From the NCBI GenBank assembly GCA_054600435.1, contig BAAIJX010000027.1, positions 248,001 to 283,414 on the forward strand: a stretch of 35,414 nt of DNA, given 5' to 3'. The translations under genes and the position numbers were made by a program. The notes beneath the pieces were generated by a model. The model had not been told where the DNA came from, made no database searches, and saw only the letters and a program-made list of their open reading frames with translations. Origin of the DNA: Neophaeotheca triangularis (Eukaryota). Shown piece by piece: positions 19,435 to 29,796 of this stretch. Numbering within the stretch: the first letter of the stretch is position 1; each line of letters starts with the position of its first letter.

Positions 19435-22062
19435 TCAAGGAGACGTCGAATCAAGCGACTCGTGCAAAACACGCCGCGCGACGCCCTGAGGCCTGACCTC
19501 CTCCTCGGAAATCTCCTCCAACTGTTCAAGACCACTACACTCGCTCGCCTCGAGCACCGAACCCCCGTCCTCCTCCCCCATCAAAGCCGGCACATACCCC
19601 GCCCCGACCTCCCGTCGTTCCCCTTGCCTCTGCAACCGCCTCCTCTTGACCCTGGCAAGCCAAACCGGCTTCCTCCTCTCCTCCCTAACCCACAACCTCG
19701 CTTTCCAACTCACCTCAGCCCTCCACAGCTCATCGCCCTCGCCCCGCTCCGGCGTCTGCACCCCCGTCTCCCCAGCTTCCGCAGCCATTCGCGCCCTCAG
19801 GTGATAGACCAATCGATCCAAATCCCCCGCCACCTCGTCGCCCTCGAGCTCCCGCACAATGCCAAGGATATATCGCGCTTTGACTGTGCCGACCCAGTGG
19901 CGCTCGCTCAGAGGACGGGTGAGGCCCGCTTGCACCATGGCTCGGCTGAGGCGGGAGTCCAAGGGCGCGAGCCGGTCGCGGAGCCAGCGGTAGCATTCCC
20001 AGACGCGACGGAAAGCAGTGCGGGTGTTGTGGGAGGGGTTGGCGGCGAAGGCCGTCGCGAGGTCATGGACGGTGTTGATGTGGGAGGTGGAGTAGATGAG
20101 GCGAGCCGGGGAGCGGAACTCGGGGGCGAGGGTGTCCATGGGGCTGCGGCGTTCGAGGAGCCGGAAGATGGTGTCTGGAGTTGAGACTGGCGGGTTGGAG
20201 TGGGCAAGTGCTAATGGGAGGGAGAGGAAAGGGGTTAGGGGAAGGGAGGGCAAGGCTTGGAAGAGGCGGAGCGCGAGGGGGAGGTTGTTGAGGTCGAGGT
20301 AGTGATGAATTAGGTCTGAGGCGAGGGTTTGTGGGACGCCGAGGTTTTTCGTTCTGGAGATTTGGAGGAGGAGCTGGCCGGCTCGCGCGGGGTCGGGGGA
20401 TTGCTTGATGATGCTGATGATGGTTGCGAGGAGGCCGTCGTAGGGGATGTTTAGTTTGGCGGCCTGTTGACAAGCTGCCACAAAAGGACGGAAGGAGCGA
20501 AATTTGTGGTGTTCTTCTGGAGGCTGTCGCTTGGACGTTTGGTAGGCTTGCCATTGCTGCTCGAACCCCTCGCCGGGACGCTTCAAATCGTCGGAGGTCA
20601 GTGTTCCTTCCACCGCTGGCAGGAGCCTTGTGAGTGTGATATGGTCCAGCGTCACCGGAGCGTCTCGTTTTGCAGATGCTATCGACGGCAGCCACCACCG
20701 CAACAATGCCTGGGCTAAGTTTTCGGATGTGACCTGCGAAAAGTGCTCTGATAAATCAATGGGAGTGAAATGTCCTGCCAACTTTGCGTAAACTTCTCGC
20801 CATATCGGATCACTGGCAGGCTTGTCTCTCGTGAGGTTGGATTTTCTCAAGCAGTGCAGCCAGAACAAAGTTTTGGAGAGGTGTTCAGAGGAAACTGCGA
20901 ATTTCTGATGCTCTGAAATTCCTGCCAACATCATATTCAGGACCCTGCGAGAGACGGTTGCACCTGCTGAGTGTGGCAGAAGTGGGAGGGCATCCCCTAT
21001 GACCGTAGCCATCTCCTCTTTCTTTGTCTCTGATTTGGAGTGCATGCGTTCAACATATCCAGCCACCAGAGCCATACTACGGTTTTTGTAAAGCCTCGCC
21101 CCAGCCGCTGAGAGCATTTGGAGGATGCGAGGCAAGAGAATGGCATGGGGTCCCAAGTCACCATCAATGCCAACCGTCGCGTCAACCAGCGTTTCATATG
21201 CGGTTGTTGCAAAACCATTCGGAGTCTGTTTCTCATTCCCAGGTTTGTTATTCCGGAGTCTGGTCGGCTGCTTCGCGATGAATTCAGACCACAGAGAGAG
21301 TAGTGCTTGCTGTTTGTCTTCCTCAGCAGGAGCGAGACGTAGTAATGCCTCCACAGCATGCTCGAATTCATCGTACGATAGAGTGTCGAGTTTGAACTTG
21401 TCAGTAACCATTTGCACTATTTGCGAGTGGGCAGACGGGGTTATAGATTGCTCCAGAAGCCAATCCAGCAGCAATGTTGTATTCTTTGCTGTAGGCTCAT
21501 CTTGCGGGCCTTGAAGGAAATTCAAAAGGGGCGCCATGTCCGACTCTTCAACAGTCCCGAGCGAAGCAAGAGTCAAGAGGAGCTGTTCAAACGTGCTCCT
21601 GCTTTCAGTTCTCATCTCCTCCAACGCTTTCTTAGGTACCTCCAGAGATTGCTCCCATTGTGACTTTGGGGGCTTTGGCATCAGCCACGACTGCGCCAAT
21701 CGAGAGTTCTCCCATCTGTTTCGTGGAGCAGCCGCAGGAGAACTCGAAGGGGCCTCCCATCTCCATTCCTTCTCGTACTGTGGGACAGCACTGCGCAAGC
21801 CGAAGAGCTGACCCAAGTCGAATGCGCCGCCCATTCCATCGCTCAGGGTGCCAGCGCTGCCGATGCGCCTCTTGGCCGACCTTCTACGCGCCTCCAAGGG
21901 CCCTGAATGATTGCTCGTACATCGTTGCGACTGATGGCGCAGACAGGTTCTAGCGAAACGGTCCCAGGCGTTGTTCAAGACGTCGTCGGTGATCCAGATG
22001 GCTGCATCTGGTTGAGGAATGAGAGCTGAGGCTCGCCGGCCTATTTTCGCGCGGCATGGCAT
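19435..22062 (-). CDS. Uncharacterised ~875-aa helical protein, probably mitochondrial, possibly PPR/TPR-like
   Basis: Long uninterrupted ORF with an Arg-rich N-terminus. Motifs WITDDVLNNAWDRF and GPLEARRRSAKRR; helical C-terminal region TRTAFRRVWECYRWLR...LSRAMVQAGL. The functional call is inference only. Confidence 0.75.
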   Translation of the reverse strand: MPCRAKIGRRASALIPQPDAAIWITDDVLNNAWDRFARTCLRHQSQRCTSNHSGPLEARRRSAKRRIGSAGTLSDGMGGAFDLGQLFGLRSAVPQYEKEWRWEAPSSSPAAAPRNRWENSRLAQSWLMPKPPKSQWEQSLEVPKKALEEMRTESRSTFEQLLLTLASLGTVEESDMAPLLNFLQGPQDEPTAKNTTLLLDWLLEQSITPSAHSQIVQMVTDKFKLDTLSYDEFEHAVEALLRLAPAEEDKQQALLSLWSEFIAKQPTRLRNNKPGNEKQTPNGFATTAYETLVDATVGIDGDLGPHAILLPRILQMLSAAGARLYKNRSMALVAGYVERMHSKSETKKEEMATVIGDALPLLPHSAGATVSRRVLNMMLAGISEHQKFAVSSEHLSKTLFWLHCLRKSNLTRDKPASDPIWREVYAKLAGHFTPIDLSEHFSQVTSENLAQALLRWWLPSIASAKRDAPVTLDHITLTRLLPAVEGTLTSDDLKRPGEGFEQQWQAYQTSKRQPPEEHHKFRSFRPFVAACQQAAKLNIPYDGLLATIISIIKQSPDPARAGQLLLQISRTKNLGVPQTLASDLIHHYLDLNNLPLALRLFQALPSLPLTPFLSLPLALAHSNPPVSTPDTIFRLLERRSPMDTLAPEFRSPARLIYSTSHINTVHDLATAFAANPSHNTRTAFRRVWECYRWLRDRLAPLDSRLSRAMVQAGLTRPLSERHWVGTVKARYILGIVRELEGDEVAGDLDRLVYHLRARMAAEAGETGVQTPERGEGDELWRAEVSWKARLWVREERRKPVWLARVKRRRLQRQGERREVGAGYVPALMGEEDGGSVLEASECSGLEQLEEISEEEVRPQGVARRVLHESLDSTSP

Positions 22063-22305
22063 GTACGATATTGCCTGCACCACAGCATGTAGTGTGTATG
22101 TGCAGATATCGAGGGGAGTGAGTATTCAATGCTATGTAGGTCCAATGCTCAGCGAGCGTTCAAGCTCCAGTTTGTCCGCGGGAGAGAGTGCCAAGACGAG
22201 TGCTGGACTGGAGGCTGCTGCTGCCGCTTTCCATATGGAGAGAGAGAGAGATTCAGCGACGATTACGAGACTTCATCTGTGGAAACACCTCCAGCACATC
22301 AGACC

Positions 22306-24045
22306 ATGATATTACGGTCCTTACGGCTACGGCACGGTAAGAAGCAGGCCATACCGTTGAATGCCACCATCAAGTGCTGACGCAATTCAGGCCGCATAGC
22401 CCTCCCGAGACCTTCAGCGCCATCTCGACTCCCTCCTCGTCGCTTCTATGCAACAGAAGTCCAATCCGAGGTAGAACGCTACAACAACCCCTTTTCCGAA
22501 CAGCAATACGTCGAAAGCGGCGACGGCGGCTCCAAGTCGCAAGCCCACCAGTCTCAAGAACCCACCGCGCCTCTCAACAACCCAGACCACCCTGTTGCCC
22601 AAGAATGGGCCTTCTTCCAACACCAAAAAGCCCGCACCGGTACCCTAGGCGCCGACATCGCACCCCATTACCGTCCGCACGAACTCCTCTCCAACCCCCC
22701 TAGACCAAAAGACATCACCCTGGAACTCCTGCTCGCAAGCCAGAGCCACCTGGGCCATGCGACTTCCCTCTGGAATCCGGCCAATGCGCGCTACATTTTC
22801 GGTATCAGAGACGGACAGCATATCATCTCTCTAGACGTCACTGCCGCCCACCTCCGACGAGCATGCAAGGTTGTCAGCGGCGTAACGGCGAGGGGAGGGC
22901 TTGTACTTTTTGTAGGCACGCGTGATGGGCAAGCACGATCTGTTGTCAAAGCAGCCGAGATGGCGGGCGGATGCCACCTTTTCGACCGCTGGATTCCGGG
23001 CAGTATTACCAACGGCGAGCAGATTCTTGGCCGCTGCCAAACGCGTGTAGTCAATGCTGTTGACCAAGAGCAGGAAGGCTTTGAGGGACAATTGGAGGAC
23101 CGCCCAGTGTTGAAACCAGATCTAGTGATCTGCCTAAACCCCATGGAGAACTACGTGCTCTTGCACGAATGCGGCTTGAACAACATCCCGACCATTGGCA
23201 TCATCGATACTGACGCGAACCCGACTTGGGTCACCTACCCCATCCCCGCCAACGACGACAGTCTCCGCTGCACACAAGTCATAGCCGGCGCGCTGGGTCG
23301 CGCAGGCGAGGAAGGGAAGATCGAGCGCTTCTCTCAGGCCATGGCAGGCAAATTAGAGTATGTCCATAGCCACAAGCTCGAAGCACCCGGCGAAGGCGAA
23401 GAGGGAGACGACGCAGCCGAAGCCGCAGAAGACGCCGCCTCGCAACCCCCCGAAGTCCAGCCCGCCAGTGACATCGCACCTCTAGCCCGCATGAGCCTCC
23501 CCGCCGACCGCAGAGAGCACCTCATGCACCTCGATGCTCTTGACGCAGGCTACGACACTTCAGCCGCCGCGCGCCGCTCCCGCGACGACGGAGCTTCCGA
23601 CCTCCCCATCTTAGGCCGCTCGCTCATCTCCTCACGCCTCGACGTCGCCAACAGCGACGACGCCTCCGAGGGCGTGATCCGGTGGACCCCTCACGAACCC
23701 ACCCCCCCGCAAACTGAGGAAGAACGCGCAGAGTTGAGGCAGGAATACCACTCCGCACTCTCGCAAGCTTTGAGCCCCGCCGAGCCCGAAGAGATCGATG
23801 CCGCTTTCAGGAAATACGGGGCCCCTGATGGCGAGTACCCGCTCGTTGACGATGTGAGTGTTGAGGATTTGATGAGGTGGGAGCTCGGGAGGCCGTTGGA
23901 GGAGCTGGAAGCTTTGCGGAAGTATCAGGAAAGGCAGATTGAGTTCAATGGTTTTGAGAAACCGAGGGGGCGGAGGGCAGGGGAGGAGGAGCAGGCTGAG
24001 ATGGAGCAGGTGGTGCGCGAAGGGGAGCAGAAGGAGGGTAAGTGA
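22306..24045 (+). CDS. MRP4: Mitochondrial ribosomal small-subunit protein uS2m (Mrp4), 561 aa. Exons 22306-22336 and 22391-24045
   Basis: Presequence MILRSLRLRHG|RIALPRP, intron GTAAGA..GCTGAC..CAG. S2 domain: ITLELLLASQSHLGHATSLWNPANARYIFGIR...KPDLVICLNPMEN...IPTIGIIDTDANPTWVTYPIPANDDSLR. Confidence 0.93.
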
Positions 24046-24507
24046 GGTAGACGGCACTGGCGAAGGGGATTTGTTGTATATTATAAAAGAGCTGGACCAG
24101 TTAAAAACGCGATCTGGTTTTGAGATTTTGTCTACGCGCGCGTGCTGTGTAGTGTTGCTGTACATCTATCGTCGGCATCGACTCAACACATGCCAATGTT
24201 TTCCCGGTGATTTGCCTCGATGCAAGCTGCTCCCGCCCTCTGGCGGAGGTTGCGAGCCCAAAGCGCTGGTGTCTCCGGGCCTAGCTTTGCTGTATGGCGT
24301 CCCTGAATTTCCTCAAGCGGCGAGATGCGGCAGGTCTAGGAACTAATGATACCAATGGCATCTTTCCAACGCTACTCTGGACAGAGCTGGCCCGCGCAAC
24401 CGCTACCAAGCAACCAACGCATCCTCGCAACTGCCGGAGGAAGGTGCGAATCCGCTCTTTCCGACATCAGCATTCGTGACTGCAAATCCCCTCAATCTCA
24501 CGCCCTC

Positions 24508-25878
24508 TCACCCTGGTACAACAGCCAACACACCGCTCCCTTTCCCAGCGCTGAGGCTCTCAATCACCTGCACCTCTGTCGCCCTCCTCTCTGTCCCCAA
24601 CCGCTCAATCAGAGCCGGCAGCGCCTTTTTCGAACTCAGCGCGATGCCACTGCTGAGCGCAGGCGCCTGAGCAAGAACATTGACATTTCGTTTCAAGATC
24701 GATTCCAGAACTTGTCGTACGCCTGTGTCTAGCTCGTTCTCGGTTTCGGGATTTGTAAGGTATGGGAGGAGCGTGAGGACTGTTTTCTCCGCTAGACGAC
24801 TTTGTTCTTTGGGGTTTGATAGGGCTTTGGAGCCGGTTTTGAGGGTTTGGAGCGCGAGGGTGAGAGCCGGGGGGAAAGCAGCAGAGGTTGGAGGGATGGC
24901 GTGAAGAGCGAGTTTTGCTTGGCAGACTGCTGTTTCGGCGCTTTGGGGAGAGATGCTTTGGAGGGTGGTGAGGACGTATTGGAGGATGCTGGAGGTGCTT
25001 GGGACTGTGTCGAAGGTGCTGAAGAGGTCGAAGAAGTCTTCGGCGACTGCTGGGCTGGCGGGAAATTGTTTCATGGCTGCGTCGAAGATGGCCTTGGGGA
25101 TTGCTCCTGTGAAGGCCGGAGCGGTTTCCAGCCGTTTGAGTGCGTCGGCGTTGACTTCTTCCACGCCCTTGCCGGCTTCGGGATCGATGTCTTCGGCGGT
25201 TACAGAGGGCAGCGCGATCATGTCGTCGCCTTCCTCCTGGCCGTCGGCCTCGGGCGCCTTGCGCTCTTCATCCAACCCCAGAATCTTTCTCCGCGCCGCC
25301 AGCTTCGCCAAATGCACCATCTCCAGCCTCGCGTACTCGAGATACAACCTAATCTCGTCGCAACAGAACCGCAGACCCCTCTGCAAATAACTCCTCGCCG
25401 TCGCCATATCACCATTCGTCTCAGCATAATGCTTCGCAGCGACGACCCACAAACCCGAAACCCTCGGCTTCAGCCTCAGCAAACTCGTGAAAACCTGCGC
25501 CAATTTCTTACTGGCTTTTTGCGCCTTGCAAAACTCAATATACTGCATCCACAACCCCATGTCGCCGGGGAATTTCTTGGTGCCCCGCTCCAAAATAAAG
25601 AAGACTGCACGCTGGCCGTTGTAGTCTTTGCTTCCCTTGACGCCGAGTCGGCGACATCGCTTTTTGCGCAGACTGTCGAGGTTTGTCTCGTACGTGGCAT
25701 AGCGGGCGTAGTCGCTGGGTTTGCTGCCGCGGGCGTTGAGCGTGTGTTCGAAATCGCTGCGTTTGGCTGTTATGGCGGTGATTTCGGCTTGGGTGAAGAT
25801 TTGCTTGCGCGCGAGTTCCTGAAGGTCGGGGATTGTGCGTTCGAGATAGAAGCGAGCTTTGTCTGAGGCTGCTGCCAT
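24508..25878 (-). CDS. UTP6: U3 snoRNA-associated protein Utp6 (HAT repeats), ~456 aa
   Basis: MAAASDKARFYLERTIPDLQELARKQIFTQAEITAITAKRSDFEHTLNARGS...YARYATYETNLDSLRKKRCRRL, followed by HAT-like LWMQYIEF and ARSYLQRGLRF. Confidence 0.93.
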   Translation of the reverse strand: MAAASDKARFYLERTIPDLQELARKQIFTQAEITAITAKRSDFEHTLNARGSKPSDYARYATYETNLDSLRKKRCRRLGVKGSKDYNGQRAVFFILERGTKKFPGDMGLWMQYIEFCKAQKASKKLAQVFTSLLRLKPRVSGLWVVAAKHYAETNGDMATARSYLQRGLRFCCDEIRLYLEYARLEMVHLAKLAARRKILGLDEERKAPEADGQEEGDDMIALPSVTAEDIDPEAGKGVEEVNADALKRLETAPAFTGAIPKAIFDAAMKQFPASPAVAEDFFDLFSTFDTVPSTSSILQYVLTTLQSISPQSAETAVCQAKLALHAIPPTSAAFPPALTLALQTLKTGSKALSNPKEQSRLAEKTVLTLLPYLTNPETENELDTGVRQVLESILKRNVNVLAQAPALSSGIALSSKKALPALIERLGTERRATEVQVIESLSAGKGSGVLAVVPG

Positions 25879-26186
25879 GATTGAGTTTACGTCGAAAGCG
25901 AAGGAAATAAAGGGGTGTCGATTGTTAGGTACATTTCTTCCAGAGAGGGACTTCTCTGCAGAGCTCGAGAAAGTCGCGACTGCCAAGATCTCGACTTCGG
26001 ATCCGCACTCTTATCTGATCCGAGTCTGTCTCAAAGACAGCCCCTGGGGGGAACGCCGAGCATTACAGCTCGCGTCAATCTTAGGAGGCAGTACCTACCT
26101 ATAGGTACAGACAAAACAAAAGTCACACCACCAACCTTTTCCTCTTCTTTCCCGTTCTTGTCACTCCTTTTGATCACGCTGCAGCC

Positions 26187-29100
26187 ATGGCACCCCGACC
26201 GCGAGAAGGGGGCACGGTCGCTGTGGTAAGTGTACCTGACGCGACCTCAAGAAAGAAACCATAGCCTAATAGACGTCTTCCCTTAGATTCCTGGCTCCTT
26301 CATAACCCACGCTCACACCATCGCCGCCTATGCCGCTTTCTTCGGCGCCTTTATCGTCGGCTGCGCTCTACACTACACAAAGATCGTCAAGAACGAGCAC
26401 TTTGGCTACCCCATCGAGTGGTTTCCCTCCGTGAGCGCCACAATCGGCGACCGCTACCCCGAACGCGCCGTCTTCCAGGTCTTCATCGCAATTTGTTCGG
26501 GCCCGCGCTTCATCCTGGTCGGTCTATGGTACTGCATGAGCAACCGCGCGGGCTCGCGCTTGCCCAAGATCGTTGCAGGCGTGGGCATCTTCCGCACGCT
26601 GACGTGTGGTGGCTGGACGTATGTCACGAGCACGGATGATCACAACTGGCACGACATCTTCATGATCAGCTACTTGGTGGCCACGCTGCCTTGGACAATT
26701 GGGTGTTTGGCGCTCAGCCCGCCGAATCCCCAGGCGATTAGATACAGGAAGTATTTGGCGTCTACGTTCTTTGGGACACTGGTACCGTTGGTTTACTTCT
26801 TCATACAGCACAAGGTCCATCGTGTGCCGGGAGGTATGTTGCAATCGAGGCGCCAACACAAGAACAAAAAGAACAGGACATTATGCTGATCACTGCACAG
26901 CCTATACCATCTATGCTTTCTTCGAGTGGGCTTTGGTGCTCCTCGACGTTGCTTTTGACGCTGTAACGGCTCTGGACTTTGGCAGTTTCGAAATCGTTAT
27001 CAAGGATGTCAAGGGCTTGAGCAGAGGGTACGTGCCGTACCTGCCAAAATAGCTGGTACGATGTGCTTGCGATGCAAGGGACTATCTGGAACTAGGGTGC
27101 TGACGATTGGATGCAGAGAAAAAGTCTCCGATGCAGTCCTCGAAAAGGAAAAGGATAAGCCCGTCGGGCAGGTATTCGATGCTGGGTTCTCTTGGGCTGA
27201 GATGCTTAATGCGGCCGCAGACGTTTACCTAGGGGTAACGTTGCCCCGGTTAGCTATGAGGTACGCCCGCCACGCTAACAATAGCTGCAGTTTACGTTCT
27301 GGTCCGTCCTAACCTCCCTCGGCGTCGTCGTGTGGTATTTCCCGCTCTGGCACATGGGTATCTCGGGCTACGAAGTAGCTGTCATGTCCACAATTTCCCC
27401 ATGTCTTCTCGGTGTCAGTCCGATTCGACGTTTGGTCACGCGCAACATTCCGGCAACAATGGCAACGACTGTTCTCGGTCTTCTGGCTTACCAGGTTACG
27501 CAGCCGGAGGCTCGACTTGGAGCTGTCGGTCTTGCAGTGTGGATGGGTTGTCTAGCTTGGTCTGCCACCTGGTACCAACACCGCCAAGACGCTGCGAAGC
27601 TTGAGTCGAAGATCAATGCCTTCTGCCTCGGCCTCGTCATGTCCAGTTTGGCCAAGTATGCATGCCAGACGAACAACCCCGTCTGGCCCATCATGAACGC
27701 CGAAAATGGCGGATGGAACAAGACTGGCATCGTGCTCTTCCTCCTGGCCATTACTCGTTCGTTCTTGAGCTCCAGTCACGGAGGCGCTGGCGGAAACGGT
27801 AAAGACAAGACGAAAGGATCTTCGGTACTCGCCAGCTTTGGTCTCGCCGGGCTTTTCTTTGGCATGCACTCACTTCTCTCCGACTCCAGCACCATGATTC
27901 TGTGGGTTTGGGAGGGATACCCTGTCCGTGGCCCTATCGCCGTCCCTCATGGATCTTGGACCATCCTGGCAATGGGACTTGGACTGCTTTTCGGCCAGTG
28001 GTACCCCAACGTAACACGAAGCTGGACCATGTTTGGCATCGGCTCGCTCAGTGCAGCTGTCGTGACTGGGTTCCATAATTGGTTCGGCTACTACGGTGGT
28101 CTTGGCCTGGCGTTCTACCTCATGGCAGCTGCGCCGGTTTTGATCTCGAACGCTGCCAAATACCCCCCCGGCCCGACCTTTTTCCTTGGCTTCTTTGTGT
28201 ACAACTTCATGGTTCTTTTCCACGTCTGGGTCGTTGCCTATGCTTTTGTGCCTGGTGGGCCGCTTGTCCGTGAACACAGCGACTGGGTCATGGCTAGCAT
28301 GATGGTTTTGATCGGCTGCGGTGTCTTCTCCGCGCTGCAGAATGAATCAGGCACTCGCCAAAAGGCATTCAGACCGCCACCTAACCCAGCAGCGCGGCGA
28401 CAGAGGAGCTACTACATCTACATTCTCATCCTACTGCAGCTTCTCAGTGCGAGCGTCGCTTATTTACGCTTCCCTTCATACAATTACACCCCCTACCACC
28501 CCAACAGCAAAGCCATCACGGCAGGCATCTGGACCATTCACTTCAGCATTGACAACGACATGTGGTCCTCCGAACGCCGCATGGCCTCGTTGCTGAAAGA
28601 GTCGGAGCTCGACATCGTTGGCCTTCTCGAAAGCGATCTACAGCGCATCATCATGGGCAACCGTGACTCGACTCAATATCTAGCAGAGGAACTAGGCATG
28701 TGGGTAGACTACGGCCCGGGCCCAGACAAACACACGTGGGGCGCAGCTCTGCTCTCCAAATTCCCCATCGTCAATTCCACCCACCACCTTCTGCCCTCAC
28801 CCGTCGGCGAACTCGCCCCTGCCATCCACGCTACCATCGACGCCTACGGAGACCTCATCGACGTCTTCGTCTTCCACTCCGGCCAGGAAGAGGATCCCGA
28901 AGACCGACGCCAACAGTCGGAATACCTCGCGGCTTTGATGGGCAGCTCGCCGCGCCCGAGCATCTTGCTCTCGTACCTTGTCACTAAGCCGAAACAGGGC
29001 AATTACAACACTTATGTCAGCGAGAAGAGCGGGATGCGTGACATTGACTCCAGCGACTGGGACAGGTGGTGCGAGTATATCCTGTACAAGGGTATGAAGC

Positions 29101-29387
29101 GCACGGGGTACGCGCGCTTGAGCAGGGGCACGATTACGGATACTGAGTTGCAGGTGAGTTTTTACCCTTGAACCCTAGGAGATGAGATCGGGTTTGGCGG
29201 ATTGTGGTGCTAATGGTTTTGGTTGTTACAGGTCGGCAAGTTCGTCGTCGGCCAACCTGAGGGCTCAGACACCATCATTGCTGAGGATCAGGTGCAGCCG
29301 GATTTGAGGTTCCCGGCCTTGTTTCAGGGGCAGGGGGTTAGAGGCCATAGGTATCACGTTTTCGATGAGCCGAGGTATTATGCTTGA
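26187..29387 (+). CDS. CWH43: GPI lipid-remodelling protein Cwh43 (PGAP2/Frag1 domain, TM region and EEP-fold domain), 949 aa. Exons 26187-26225, 26287-26833, 26901-27027, 27117-27234, 27291-29153 and 29232-29387
   Basis: HYTKIVKNEHFGYPIEWFPSVSATIGDRYPER; WYFPLWHMGISGYE; TAGIWTIHFSIDNDMWSSE...GLLESDLQRIIMGNRD...HSGQEEDPEDRRQQ...ITDTELQ|VGKF...HRYHVFDEPRYYA. Five canonical introns; exons sum to 2850 nt. Confidence 0.95.
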
Positions 29388-29796
29388 GTAAGCTGAAAAG
29401 AGGGCTATAACATTAGGTGGCAGCTGGGTCGAGTTGGTGTATCTATGTATGATGTCGTAGTGGAAGATGGTGTGTACTCTATAGGGAGTTACTAGTAGCC
29501 TTACCTTGACACACGTTGCCAAGCGCGGACTGAGCCGGATCGACGCTTCCATCTTCAGCGCGCGGCGATAGGGTCAGTAGCTAAGAAGTGGAGCAGTGGA
29601 GCAGTAGCTGACATGTGCCTGTTGTTGCGCGTCGCTGTACGTCTGCCCCCCCTCTGAAATCTTTCAATGCTATGACGATGCAAGGGTCGTAACCTTCCAT
29701 TCAGTTGTACAACGAAAAGGAATACCTCCAACCGCAGGTCTTGTTCTCCCTTCCACCTTTCAATGCCGTCGCCTTTGTCCTGCCAAGACTGCGACC

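Noticed and set aside
24303..24312. GGAAATTCAG on the minus strand resembling RNase P CR-I
   Set aside because: No matching CR-V/P4 partner was found downstream.
24372..24511. Possible terminal intron in UTP6 (GTGAGA...GCTGAT...AAG, 24511-24457) adding 27 aa
   Set aside because: The splice signals are weak and the added peptide is unrecognisable. It cannot be supported without RNA-seq.
24847..25866. 339-codon antisense ORF over UTP6, and similar antisense ORFs such as 1505-2173, 17911-18711 and 19399-20184
   Set aside because: Shadow ORFs expected from GC-rich codon usage of the real gene on the opposite strand.
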